Made by a program: the position numbers and the translations under genes
Assembly (NCBI GenBank): GCA_965277805.1
Contig: OZ255842.1
Span: 5,376,001-5,440,000 of the forward strand
Direction of reading: 5' to 3'
DNA from: Candidatus Lustribacter sp.
Lineage (GTDB): Bacteria > Vulcanimicrobiota > Vulcanimicrobiia > Vulcanimicrobiales > Vulcanimicrobiaceae
Length of the DNA: 64,000 bases
The notes under the pieces: generated by a model
What the model saw: only the letters and a program-made list of their open reading frames with translations
The model's database searches: none
Told to the model about the DNA's origin: nothing
Shown: piece after piece, positions 31,199 to 40,407 of the stretch
Numbering within the stretch: position 1 is the first letter of the stretch
Layout: each line of letters starts with the position of its first letter

Positions 31199-32551
31199 AT
31201 GTTGACGATCGAAGGGCTGATCGACGACCGTCCGGCCGACGGCGTCTTCCGGGTGCACCGCGACGTGTTTACCGACGAGCAGATCTTCGCGCTCGAGCAG
31301 CAGTACATTTTCGAGAAGACGTGGGTGTTTCTCGGCCTCGAATCGCAAGCGCCGAACCCCCACGATTTCTTCACCACCTTCGCCGGCCGCTATCCCCTGG
31401 TGGTGATGCGCGGCGGCGACGGTCAATTGCGTTGCGTGGTCAACAGCTGCCGCCACAAAGGCGCGCTCTTATGCCGCACGCAGAGCGGCAACAAGCAAGT
31501 GCATACGTGTCCGTACCATTCTTGGGCGTATGACAGCACCGGCAAGAACGTCGGCATCAAGGCGCGCGCGATCGGGGCCTACGGTTCGGGCTTCGATGAC
31601 GAAGACCACAACCTGCGTCCAGTCGCGCACTTCGAGTCCTACCGCGGCTTTCTTTTCGCCAGCATCAATCCGGAGGTGCCGTCACTGCGCGAGCATCTCG
31701 GCGACGCGGCAACGTTCATCGATCTCGTCATCGACCAGTCCCCGGCCGGCGTCGAGACGATTCCGGGCGACGTGACCTACGTTTACGACGGCAATTGGAA
31801 ACTGCAGATGGAGAACTGCGGCGACGGCTATCACTTCACGTCGGCGCACGCGTCGTACCTGAAACTGATCGAGAAGCGCGACGCCGAGAGCAAGGATCCC
31901 GGGCAATGGCGCGTGGGCCGGCTCGCGCCCGATCAGGCGGCGACGACCGATCGCAGCCACGGTTCGTTCGCGTTTCGCGGCGGTCACAGCGTGCTGTGGT
32001 CGGAAGAGCGCGACCAGCGCGCGAACTCGCCGCTCTTCGATAGCGAAGCCGAGATCACGGCACGCGTCGGCGCGATGCGCACGCATTGGATGTTCGGCGT
32101 GCGCAACCTGACGATCTTCCCGAATATGCAGCTCGCCGATAATGCAGCGGTGCAACTGCGCATCATCCGCCCGCTGGCTGCGAACAAAACCGAGATGCGA
32201 ACGTTCTGCGTGGCGCCGGTCGGCGAGCCGGCTGACGCGCGCCGGCGGCGCATCCGGCAGTACGAAGATTTCTTCAACCCCAGCGGTCTCGCGACGCCCG
32301 ACGACAACGTGTGCTATGAAGATTGTCAGACCGGACACGGGGGCGGCGAGTGGCTGCAGGGCTACATGCGCGGGCTCGACATCCTCACGCACGAACCGAA
32401 CCGTTTCGCTGCCGAGCTCAACATCACGCCGGTGGCAAACGTGACGGCCAAGTGGGGCATGCACGACGAGACGCTCTTCCAGGCCAACTACCGCGAGTGG
32501 GCGCGACTCTTGCGCAGCGGACTCGAGCGCGAACCGGCCGGCATCGCGTGA
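31199..32551 (+). CDS. Rieske ring-hydroxylating oxygenase alpha subunit (benzoate/anthranilate dioxygenase-like)
   Basis: CRH...CPYH Rieske motif; ENCGDGYHFTSAH iron motif; RRIRQYEDFFN...TPDD. Confidence 0.9.
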   Translation: MLTIEGLIDDRPADGVFRVHRDVFTDEQIFALEQQYIFEKTWVFLGLESQAPNPHDFFTTFAGRYPLVVMRGGDGQLRCVVNSCRHKGALLCRTQSGNKQVHTCPYHSWAYDSTGKNVGIKARAIGAYGSGFDDEDHNLRPVAHFESYRGFLFASINPEVPSLREHLGDAATFIDLVIDQSPAGVETIPGDVTYVYDGNWKLQMENCGDGYHFTSAHASYLKLIEKRDAESKDPGQWRVGRLAPDQAATTDRSHGSFAFRGGHSVLWSEERDQRANSPLFDSEAEITARVGAMRTHWMFGVRNLTIFPNMQLADNAAVQLRIIRPLAANKTEMRTFCVAPVGEPADARRRRIRQYEDFFNPSGLATPDDNVCYEDCQTGHGGGEWLQGYMRGLDILTHEPNRFAAELNITPVANVTAKWGMHDETLFQANYREWARLLRSGLEREPAGIA

Positions 32552-33045
32552 TCGCGACCGAGCGGACCGGAGCGGCGGAACTCCTCTATCGCGAAGCGCT
32601 CTGCCTCGACGAGCAACGCTGGGATGAGTGGCTTGCGCTCTACCTGGAAGATGCGGTGTTCTGGGTGCCGGCCTGGATCGGTGCGCACGAACTCACCTCA
32701 TCGCCCGACACGCAACTTTCGCTGATCTACTGCGATTCGCGCAAACGGCTCGAAGACCGCGTATGGCGCGTGCGTTCGGAACTGTCGGTCGCCTCGCGGC
32801 CGTTGCCGCGCACGGTCCACGCGGTGAACAACGTGCTCGTCGTCGACGAACGCGACGAGCGGCTCGACGTGCGCGCGAGCTGGTCAGTCCACAGCTACGA
32901 CACCGCGCGCACGCGCCAAGACGTTACCTTCGGCCGCTACCAATACGAACTGCGCACCATCGAGGGCGCCCTGCGCATCGCGCGCAAAAAGATCATCCTC
33001 GCCGACGACCGCATCGCGACGATGCTGGATTTCTACTCGGTCTGA
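32548..33045 (+). CDS. Ring-hydroxylating oxygenase beta subunit
   Basis: LLYREALCLDEQRWDEWL, LEDRVWR, IARKKIIL; GTGA overlap with the alpha subunit. Confidence 0.9.
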   Translation: MIATERTGAAELLYREALCLDEQRWDEWLALYLEDAVFWVPAWIGAHELTSSPDTQLSLIYCDSRKRLEDRVWRVRSELSVASRPLPRTVHAVNNVLVVDERDERLDVRASWSVHSYDTARTRQDVTFGRYQYELRTIEGALRIARKKIILADDRIATMLDFYSV

Positions 33046-33059
33046 CGCTCGGGATGACA
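33046..33059. repeat. 14-bp remnant of the REP-doublet terminus
   Basis: CGCTCGGGATGACA is identical to 3628-3641 and fills most of a 17-bp convergent gap. Confidence 0.7.
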
Positions 33060-33062
33060 GGG

Positions 33063-33575
33063 CTACCGCAGCGCGATCATTCCGATGATGGCGGCAGCGA
33101 GGATGACGAGTGAGGTGTTGATGCGCGTCCAGAGCATCGCTGCGGCGGCGCCCGCGGCGAGGACGTAACTGAGCGGAGTTTCCAGCGCACCGCGGCTGAG
33201 CAGCGTTACGCCGACCCATGTCAGGCCCAGGACCACGGGGATCATCGCGCGGGCGAAGATCTTGCGCCACGGATGATCGTGCACGCGATCGTAGAGCATC
33301 ACGATGATGTACACGATCAACGCGGCCGGGAGAAACATCGCGAACGCGCCGATCGCGGCGCCCGGAAAACCGCCGACTGCGTAGCCGATCAGCGCGGTGA
33401 TGGTGGTGCCTGGACCCGGTGCGAGCCGGGCGAGCGCGAAGTAGCGGGAGAACTCGGCGGCCGTCACCCAGTGGTAGACGTCGACCGACTCGGTGTAAAG
33501 CTGCGGGAACACGGCGTTCCCGCCGCCGAAACCGAGCATCGACAAAATCGCGATCACCCACGCCATGCGCGCCAC
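33063..33575 (-). CDS. Short-chain chromate transporter (CHR), second of pair
   Basis: GFGGGNA and LAPGP motifs. Confidence 0.85.
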   Translation of the reverse strand: MARMAWVIAILSMLGFGGGNAVFPQLYTESVDVYHWVTAAEFSRYFALARLAPGPGTTITALIGYAVGGFPGAAIGAFAMFLPAALIVYIIVMLYDRVHDHPWRKIFARAMIPVVLGLTWVGVTLLSRGALETPLSYVLAAGAAAAMLWTRINTSLVILAAAIIGMIALR

Positions 33576-33576
33576 C

Positions 33577-34143
33577 TCAGACCTCCTTGCGCAGCACGAC
33601 GCTGGCGATCGAGATCGGGAGGAAGGCCAAGAAGACGAGTGCGAGGCTGAAGTGGAAGCGAATCACGCAGATCGCCACGGCCACGATAACGGCGAGATCC
33701 GAAATCTTGCTGCGAAACGGCCAATTGAGCTGGAGCGCATTGGCGAACAGCGTACCGAGTGCGGCAGCCGCTGCGCCACGTAGCGCCGCGCGCAAGAGCG
33801 CCATGTGCGGATCGAGCGAGAGTACCGCGAGCGCCATCAGGACGAAGAATCCGGGCACCGTTTCGGCAATCAGCGCGACGATGAAGCCCGGCGTTCCGGC
33901 GAGCCGTTTGCCTGCGATGCACGCAATCGATACAGGCAAGCCGCCCGGGCATACTTGCGCCAACGCATAGATGTCGAGAAACTCACGCTCATCGAACCAG
34001 CCGCGCTGCGCGCACTCCCGGCGCAGCATGGCGATGGCGGCCCCGCCGAACGCGGTCGCCGAAATGCGGCCGAAGACGATGGCAATATCCAGCAAGGAGG
34101 CGCGCGGAGGCGTCCCCGCTACTGTTGCGGCTTTAGTTGTCAT
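33577..34143 (-). CDS. Short-chain chromate transporter (CHR), first of pair
   Basis: TAFGG, EFLDIYALAQVCPG. Confidence 0.85.
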   Translation of the reverse strand: MTTKAATVAGTPPRASLLDIAIVFGRISATAFGGAAIAMLRRECAQRGWFDEREFLDIYALAQVCPGGLPVSIACIAGKRLAGTPGFIVALIAETVPGFFVLMALAVLSLDPHMALLRAALRGAAAAALGTLFANALQLNWPFRSKISDLAVIVAVAICVIRFHFSLALVFLAFLPISIASVVLRKEV

Positions 34144-35124
34144 CTACGATATCGCGTGCCAAATAATCTCCGGCGCTTGCACGGGTTGGGCCATGGCGCC
34201 CCATCGTAGGCCGGCGTCGAGGACCGGTTGTACGAGTTTCGCTTCGAGGGATGCCGGGAAGAGCGAGCGCGCCATGCCGTGGACGCGGTCGGCCGGGATC
34301 TTCGTAATCGTCGACACGATCGCGGCGGATTCATCGTGGTGCGCGTTCGCCCAGCGGCCCGCTTCGTAGAGCACGCCGGCAAATTTACGCGCGGTGTCGG
34401 GATTCGCGTCGAGCCAGTCTTTCTTCGCGAACCAGCAGTTGAAGTAGAACGAACGTCCGATCGCGGTGAAGGTCTGCGCGAGCCAGCGCACGTCGTTCTT
34501 CGCGCCGCTGAGAAACGGTTCGCCGACGACGCCGGCGGCGATCGTCCCGCGCGATAGCGCTGCCGGGACCGTGGCAAAACTCATCTCGACGAACTTCACG
34601 CTCGCGGGATCGCCGCCGTTCTGACGTAGCCATTCCTTGACGCTCACCGTCGGCAAACCGTCGAGCGAGACGACGCCGATCGATTGGCCGTTGAGATCGC
34701 GCGCGTTCTTCACGTTGCCGGCGGGCGCCACGCAGAGCACGATCGTCGGATGGTTCGCGTCGTAGAGTGCGCCGCCGGCGAAGATGCGGAACGCGATCCC
34801 GCGCCCGATCGCGTTGGCGATCTGGGTCGGATCGCTTGCGGTGACGTCGAGGCTGCCGCCGGCGATCGCGGGCAGTGCCGTCGAGAGCACCGGCAGCGCT
34901 TGGATGTCGACGTCGATGCCGGCGCGTGCGAACAAGCCCAGTTCGCGCGCGAAGAACGGCGCGAGAAACGACTCGGACGTTCCGGTTCCGAGCCGGAGCG
35001 TGCGCGATTGCGCCCGTATGATGGCCGGCAATCCGAACGGCACCACAGCGCCCAGCGCAGCAAGCGCGCCGCGGCGGGTGACAAGCGTTCGCGCGCGCGA
35101 TGTGCGAAGAGAGCGATGATGCAT
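34144..35124 (-). CDS. SsuA/NMT1-like substrate-binding protein, Tat signal
   Basis: TRRGALAAL...PAIIRAQ, GLFARAGIDV, VKFVEMSF, EPF. Confidence 0.85.
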   Translation of the reverse strand: MHHRSLRTSRARTLVTRRGALAALGAVVPFGLPAIIRAQSRTLRLGTGTSESFLAPFFARELGLFARAGIDVDIQALPVLSTALPAIAGGSLDVTASDPTQIANAIGRGIAFRIFAGGALYDANHPTIVLCVAPAGNVKNARDLNGQSIGVVSLDGLPTVSVKEWLRQNGGDPASVKFVEMSFATVPAALSRGTIAAGVVGEPFLSGAKNDVRWLAQTFTAIGRSFYFNCWFAKKDWLDANPDTARKFAGVLYEAGRWANAHHDESAAIVSTITKIPADRVHGMARSLFPASLEAKLVQPVLDAGLRWGAMAQPVQAPEIIWHAIS

Positions 35125-35171
35125 GAAGACTCCTCGCCCGCGTCTTGTACGGGCCCGCAGGGGCCCCCTGG

Positions 35172-35672
35172 ATGAACGGCTTCACGGAACGTCCCACCAC
35201 GGTGGATGACGCCGCGTGGATCGTCGCGCTCTACGCGGCACCGCACGCGCGTCCGTTCATGCAGCAGCCCACCGAGGACGCTGTGCGCTCCCAAGTTGGA
35301 CGCGACGGCCTGGCCGAGCGAATCGTGCTCGACGCGGCCGGCAAACGCATCGCGATCTGGCGCGCCAAAATCGAAGAGCCCTGGCTCGTGGAAATCCACA
35401 CTTTGGCCGTCGCCCGGCCGGGCGCCGGGGCCGGTTCGTGGTCGCTGCGGCGCGCCTTGGCTTGGGCATTCGAGGAACAGAGCGTGCACAAAGCCTTCTT
35501 GTACGTCACCGCAGCCAATGCGCGCGCGCGGGCGTTATACGAGCGGCACGGACTGCGCTGGGAGGGCACGCATCGCGACGGCTTCCGCGCTCCCGACGGC
35601 ACGTTCGAAGACCTCATGCACTACGGCATACTCGATCGCGAGTACGCAGCCTGGAGAACGACAGTTTTATGA
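35172..35672 (+). CDS. GNAT (RimJ/RimL-like) acetyltransferase
   Basis: NARARALYERHGLRWEGTHRD...YGILDRE. Confidence 0.8.
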   Translation: MNGFTERPTTVDDAAWIVALYAAPHARPFMQQPTEDAVRSQVGRDGLAERIVLDAAGKRIAIWRAKIEEPWLVEIHTLAVARPGAGAGSWSLRRALAWAFEEQSVHKAFLYVTAANARARALYERHGLRWEGTHRDGFRAPDGTFEDLMHYGILDREYAAWRTTVL

Positions 35673-36532
35673 CCGCATCATCCTCGACACCGGCAGCGGC
35701 AGCGGGCACGCTCACGATCGGCGGCGATCTCACCGTCAACCGGATGGGCTTCGGTGCGATGCGCATCGTCGGCAAGGGGATCTGGGGCTGGCCCGCGGAT
35801 CGCGAAGCGGCCAAGAACGTGTTGCGCCATGCGGTTGCGAGCGGCGTGAATTTCATCGACACCGCCGATTCGTATGGTCCGGATGTCAGCGAAGAATTGA
35901 TCGCCGAAGCGCTGGCGCCGTATCCGGCCGGCCTCGTCATTGCGACCAAGGGCGGCCTGACGCGCAGCGGTCCGGACGAGTGGGCCGCGGACGGGCGCCC
36001 GGAGCACTTGCGCGCCGCGCTCGAAGGAAGTCTGAAGAAACTGCGCGTCGACTGCATCGATGTCTATCAGTTTCACCGGCCCGATCCGAAGGTGAAGTAC
36101 GCCGAATCGATCGGGGCGCTAGCCGAGATGCAGCAGGCCGGAAAAATTCGTCATATCGGTGTCTCCAACGTCAGCGTCGCGCAATTGGCGCAGGCGCGCG
36201 CGATCGTGCGGATCGTCTCGGTGCAGAATCGCTACAATTTCGAGGACCGTTCGTCGGAAACGGTACTCGACGCGTGCACGAAAGACGGGCTCGCCTTTCT
36301 GCCGTGGGCGCCCGTCGGGGGCGCGTCGCCGATGCGCGAGAAGACGATCGCGCGGCTGGCCAAGGGACATCATGCGACGGGCTTGCAGATCGCGCTCGCG
36401 TGGCTGCTCAAGCGCTCTCCGGTGATGCTCCCGATTCCGGGTACGGGCTCCATCGCGCATCTCGATGAGAACATCGCCGCCGCCGCCATCCAACTGAGCG
36501 ACGAAGAGTTCCGCGCATTGGACAAGGGCTAA
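35669..36532 (+). CDS. Aldo/keto reductase
   Basis: RMGFGAM, FIDTADSYG, IATKGG, IGVSN, SVQNRYN, PIPGT. Confidence 0.92.
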   Translation: MTASSSTPAAAAGTLTIGGDLTVNRMGFGAMRIVGKGIWGWPADREAAKNVLRHAVASGVNFIDTADSYGPDVSEELIAEALAPYPAGLVIATKGGLTRSGPDEWAADGRPEHLRAALEGSLKKLRVDCIDVYQFHRPDPKVKYAESIGALAEMQQAGKIRHIGVSNVSVAQLAQARAIVRIVSVQNRYNFEDRSSETVLDACTKDGLAFLPWAPVGGASPMREKTIARLAKGHHATGLQIALAWLLKRSPVMLPIPGTGSIAHLDENIAAAAIQLSDEEFRALDKG

Positions 36533-36545
36533 TCTGAAAGAGCTC

Positions 36546-37112
36546 GTGCGCTGCGCGTGGGCGACCTCGTCGCCGCTGCTGCAGAGTTACCACGATCGGG
36601 AGTGGGGCGTTCCCGTGCACGACGACGCCGTGCTCTTCGAATTCATCACGCTCGAGGGCGCGCAGGCGGGCTTGAGCTGGGAAACCGTGTTGCGCAAACG
36701 CGAGCGGTATCGCGCGGTCTTCGCGAATTTCGATCTGGCGAAGGTCGCGCGGTTCACGCCCGCGCGCATCGAGAAGATCGTGCTCGATCCCGGCGTGATC
36801 CGCCATCGCGGAAAAATCGAATCGGTCGTATCGAACGCGCGCGCGATCCTTGCGATCGTCAAGGAGTTCGGCTCGTTCGATGCCTACCTCTGGGGCTTCA
36901 CCGGCGGCAAGCCGATCGTCGACCGGCCGAAGACGATGGCGCAGGTGCCGGCGATCACCCCGCTGGCCGAAGCCTTGAGTAAGGATTTGCGAAAGCGCGG
37001 CCTGCGCTTCGTCGGCCCGACGATCGTCTACGCGTTCATGCAGGCCGTCGGCATCGTCAACGATCACCTAGCGACCTGCGCGTTTCGCGACCCGGCACGC
37101 CGGCGTCGCTGA
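36546..37112 (+). CDS. tag: DNA-3-methyladenine glycosylase I
   Basis: RCAW, YHDREWG, LEGAQAGLSW, FVGPT, VNDHLATC. Confidence 0.95.
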   Translation: MRCAWATSSPLLQSYHDREWGVPVHDDAVLFEFITLEGAQAGLSWETVLRKRERYRAVFANFDLAKVARFTPARIEKIVLDPGVIRHRGKIESVVSNARAILAIVKEFGSFDAYLWGFTGGKPIVDRPKTMAQVPAITPLAEALSKDLRKRGLRFVGPTIVYAFMQAVGIVNDHLATCAFRDPARRRR

Positions 37113-37153
37113 CGCGCCAGGAGTTCCGCCGCTCCCGGTCCTAAGTGCTCTCC

Positions 37154-38170
37154 ATGGCACGCGTTTGTTCCGTTATCGCTACGTCCCACTCACCGTTCTT
37201 GTACGCGCCGTCCGAGGAATGGGAGCCCGGTCGCGCCGAGCGTCTCAAGCGCGGGGGCTGGTCGACCGACACGCCCATCGATTCGGTTGAGGAGAACGCG
37301 CGCAAAGAAGCTCGCATCAAGGCCGCGTTCGGCGTACTGCGCGAACGTCTCAACGCGGCGAAGCCCGACGTGCTCTTGATTTTCGGCGACGATCAGCTCG
37401 AGCAGTTCAACTTCAAGAACTTCCCTGCGCTCTCGCTCTACGTTGGCGAGGCGTTCGAGGGCTACAAAATCTCGCGCATGATCGGTCTCCCGGTGATGCC
37501 GGGCCGCAAAGTGCGCGAGAAGACGCCCGATACGTGGGTGAAGGTGCAGAGCCATCCGGAATTTTCGCACGCGCTGATCCGCGAGCTGATGATCGACGGC
37601 TTTGACCTCGCCTTCAGCAACGAGCTCTCCGACACGGAAGAGGGCATGGGCCATGCGTTCATGCGGCCGCTGTACTATCTCGATCCCGAGTATAAGCTGC
37701 CGATGGTCCCGTTCTCGGTGAACTGCTACTTCGGCCCGCAGCCGACCGGAAAGCGCTGCTACCAGCTCGGACGCGCCGTGCGCGCGGCGATCGAACGGAT
37801 TCCGCTCGACCTCAACGTCGCGGTCATCGGATCGGGTGGGCTGTGGCACTTGCCGAATTACCCGAATTCGTGGATCGACGAATCGTTCGACCAGACGATT
37901 CTCGCCGGCATCAAGTCGGGCGAAGCGCAAAAGACGGCCGAGTATTTCGACACCGTGCAACTCCCCTACGATCCGGCGAAGAAAGACAGCGTGAAGCTTG
38001 CCAGCGGCGGCACCGGGATTCTGCTCGGCGTCGGCGGCGGGACCGGCGAAACGCGCAACTGGATTGTCGCAGCCGCCGTCGCCGACGGCCGACCCGGCAC
38101 AGTCGTCGACTACATCCCCGTCTACGCCTCACCAATCGGCGTAAGCTTCGCCTACTGGGACAATCCGTAG
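37154..38170 (+). CDS. LigB-like (class III extradiol) dioxygenase
   Basis: TSHSP, KPDVLLIFGDDQ, GHAF, IGSGGLWH, ETRNWI. Confidence 0.75.
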   Translation: MARVCSVIATSHSPFLYAPSEEWEPGRAERLKRGGWSTDTPIDSVEENARKEARIKAAFGVLRERLNAAKPDVLLIFGDDQLEQFNFKNFPALSLYVGEAFEGYKISRMIGLPVMPGRKVREKTPDTWVKVQSHPEFSHALIRELMIDGFDLAFSNELSDTEEGMGHAFMRPLYYLDPEYKLPMVPFSVNCYFGPQPTGKRCYQLGRAVRAAIERIPLDLNVAVIGSGGLWHLPNYPNSWIDESFDQTILAGIKSGEAQKTAEYFDTVQLPYDPAKKDSVKLASGGTGILLGVGGGTGETRNWIVAAAVADGRPGTVVDYIPVYASPIGVSFAYWDNP

Positions 38171-38210
38171 CTTATATTTGTCAGCTTATATTTGTCAGGT
38201 TATATTTGTC
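38169..38210. repeat. 3 x 14-bp tandem repeat AG(C/G)TTATATTTGTC
   Basis: Units at 38169, 38183 and 38197; the final TGTC is the first 4 nt of the adjacent element. Confidence 0.9.
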
Positions 38211-38410
38211 ATCCCGAGCGAAGTGCCGAAGGCACGTAGACGAGGAATGCGAGAAAACCTTGGCGGTTAGCGTGCGACCGCGAAGGCGGGAGCAGTGGAA
38301 TCAGAAAAACGAATTCATGTAACCACTGCTCGCGCCTTCGCGCTCGCACTCGATAAGGAGATGGTGGCGTGTTCCTCGTCTACGCGCTGCGCGCTCCGCT
38401 CGGAATGACA
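38207..38410. repeat. REP-doublet/MITE-like element copy 2, with a nested internal inverted repeat
   Basis: Arms TGTCATCCCGAGCGAAGTGCCGAAGGCACGTAGACGAGGAA and TTCCTCGTCTACGCGCTGCGCGCTCCGCTCGGAATGACA; inner stem GTGCGACCGCGAAGGCGGGAGCAGTGG / CCACTGCTCGCGCCTTCGCGCTCGCAC. Confidence 0.9.
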
Positions 38411-38433
38411 CGTGCGGGAAGCCGCGACTTTCT

Positions 38434-39288
38434 TCAGCCCAATAGGCGTTTTAGGAATGTGGCGTGGTTCCAGGAATTGGATTGGCCGTATTTTACGATG
38501 ACGGCGCGTTCGGTGGGGATGATGTACATGGCTTGGCCCCCGGAGCCGCTGGCGTGTACGATGCCGGGCGGTGTGGGGAGCGGGGCTAGCCACCAGCCGA
38601 GTCCGTAGCGCGGGTTGGCGGTCGAGCCCGTGAAGCAGGGCGCGAGCGACACTTCGCTCACGAGCGCCTGGCTGTTGTGGTGCGCGCGGTCGAGGATGAA
38701 GCGGCCGTATTTCGCCCATTCGCGCGCGGCCAGAAACGCGCCGGTCGGAAGCGGCTGCGTGCCGTCTTTCAGCGAGCGCCACGATCCGATGCGCACGCCG
38801 ATCGGGTCGAGGAGCCGCGTGCGCAGATACTCGTGTGGTGTGAGCTTACGCGCGGCGAGCTTGCGCGCGAGTACCGCGCCGAAGACTTGCAGCGGAATGC
38901 CGCCGTAGGTGAATTTTTCACCGGGCTCGTCTTTGATCGGCGTCTCGAGCGCGCGCTCGTATACCGGTACCGCCGCGCCCAAGCCGCCGAAGCCGATGCC
39001 GCTGGTGAGCGCCAGCAATTCGCGCAGCGTGACGCGCGCGCGGCGCGGGTCGACGGCCCATTCGGGGATCGTGTGCGCGACGGTCTCGTCGAAATCGAGC
39101 AGCCCGTCGTCGTGCGCGGCGGCCGCGGTGACGCCCCAGAAGCTCTTTGTGCCGCTGTAGAGCGCGTGCGGCTTGGCGGCATCGTAGCCGTTTGCGTACT
39201 GCTCGAGGACGACGGCGCCGTCGACTTCGATCAGCAGCGCGTGCAGGGTGTGCCGCTCGGCGTAGGCGAGCGCGGCTTCCGGATTCAT
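38434..39288 (-). CDS. Serine hydrolase, beta-lactamase/AmpC-like family
   Basis: SxxK in YSGTKS; PGEKFTY; YGLGWW; ASGSGGQ. Confidence 0.85.
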   Translation of the reverse strand: MNPEAALAYAERHTLHALLIEVDGAVVLEQYANGYDAAKPHALYSGTKSFWGVTAAAAHDDGLLDFDETVAHTIPEWAVDPRRARVTLRELLALTSGIGFGGLGAAVPVYERALETPIKDEPGEKFTYGGIPLQVFGAVLARKLAARKLTPHEYLRTRLLDPIGVRIGSWRSLKDGTQPLPTGAFLAAREWAKYGRFILDRAHHNSQALVSEVSLAPCFTGSTANPRYGLGWWLAPLPTPPGIVHASGSGGQAMYIIPTERAVIVKYGQSNSWNHATFLKRLLG

Positions 39289-39297
39289 CGCGCGCGG

Positions 39298-40404
39298 CTA
39301 GGCGATGTGCGGGAGCACCGACACGTGGATCGCGCCGGGATCGCCCTGGCCGCCGACGGTTTGGATCGCTTCTTCGGTTGCATCGAGGGTGAACGTGTGT
39401 GTGGCGAGCTTGTGGAGCGGGTAGCGCCCGGATTCGAGCAGCGCGATGCCTTTCTTGATCTCGCGCGACGTTCGGCCGCGCACGCCGCGCACGGTCAGCT
39501 CTTTGAGAAAGAGCAAGTCCGGTTCGAAATTCGCGGCGAGCCCGTGCGCTTCACCGGCAACGACGATCGTGCCGCCCATCGTCGCGAGGTGCGCGCCTTG
39601 CTGCAGCGCGCCGGGGAAGTATGCCGTCACGTTGATCACGGTGTCGGCCATCCGTCCATCCGTCAACTCGCTCACGTGCGCGACGACGTCGTCCACCGCG
39701 TCGACGTCGATCGTGTGGTGGGCGCCGAATTCCCGCGCCAGCGCGAGCCGTTCGGCATCGCGGGCGCGGCCGGTCACGATGATGTTCGCGGCGCCGGCTT
39801 CTTTCGCCGCGATGGTGCAGGCCAAGCCCTGGCCGCCCGGGCCCTGAATGACGACGGTGCTGCCGATGCCCACACCGCCCTCGAGGTGGGTCCAGCGAAT
39901 ACCGTTCGCCAGCGGTACGAAGAACGGCGCGATGTTCGTCGGCACGTCCTCGGCAAGTTTGTGGATGATCGCCTGCGGATCGAGATAGACGTACTCGCTG
40001 TAGCCGCCCCACAGGCCGGGCGCCGTATCGAGGCTCGTGAAGCCGTACATCTTTTCCATCTTCATGCCGCTGCAGATGTAGTAGCGCCCCGAGAGGCAGT
40101 ACGCACAGTGTCCACACGGCGCGTACTCTTCCATCACGATGCGGTCGCCTTCGTTAACGCCCCAGCGCGCGGCCGCGCGTTTCCCGATGCGCTCGATGCG
40201 CGCGACGATCTCGTGACCCGGAATGAGCGGCGGCGGCGCAAACTTCGCGAGGTCGCCGGTGTAGATCGGCCAGTCGGCGCCGCAAACGCCGGTGATCTCG
40301 ATTTTCGCGAGGCCCGAGTTCTCGTCGATCTCCGGCAATGCGAACTCGCGCAGTTCGATCGTGCGCGGCGCGAGCAACAACGCCGCTAGCGTTTTTGCAG
40401 CCAT
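39298..40404 (-). CDS. Zinc-binding alcohol dehydrogenase (MDR)
   Basis: GVCGAD, PGHE, CGHCAYC...C, GPGGQG. Confidence 0.9.
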   Translation of the reverse strand: MAAKTLAALLLAPRTIELREFALPEIDENSGLAKIEITGVCGADWPIYTGDLAKFAPPPLIPGHEIVARIERIGKRAAARWGVNEGDRIVMEEYAPCGHCAYCLSGRYYICSGMKMEKMYGFTSLDTAPGLWGGYSEYVYLDPQAIIHKLAEDVPTNIAPFFVPLANGIRWTHLEGGVGIGSTVVIQGPGGQGLACTIAAKEAGAANIIVTGRARDAERLALAREFGAHHTIDVDAVDDVVAHVSELTDGRMADTVINVTAYFPGALQQGAHLATMGGTIVVAGEAHGLAANFEPDLLFLKELTVRGVRGRTSREIKKGIALLESGRYPLHKLATHTFTLDATEEAIQTVGGQGDPGAIHVSVLPHIA

Positions 40405-40407
40405 CGG

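Noticed and set aside
38169-38210. Possible CRISPR array
   Set aside because: The 14-bp units are contiguous with no spacers, and there are no cas genes.
38434-39288. Beta-lactam resistance gene
   Set aside because: SxxK fold only, with no signal peptide or KTG motif; more likely an esterase or amidase.
38677-40389. 570-aa + strand ORF
   Set aside because: Antisense shadow of the serine hydrolase and the ADH.
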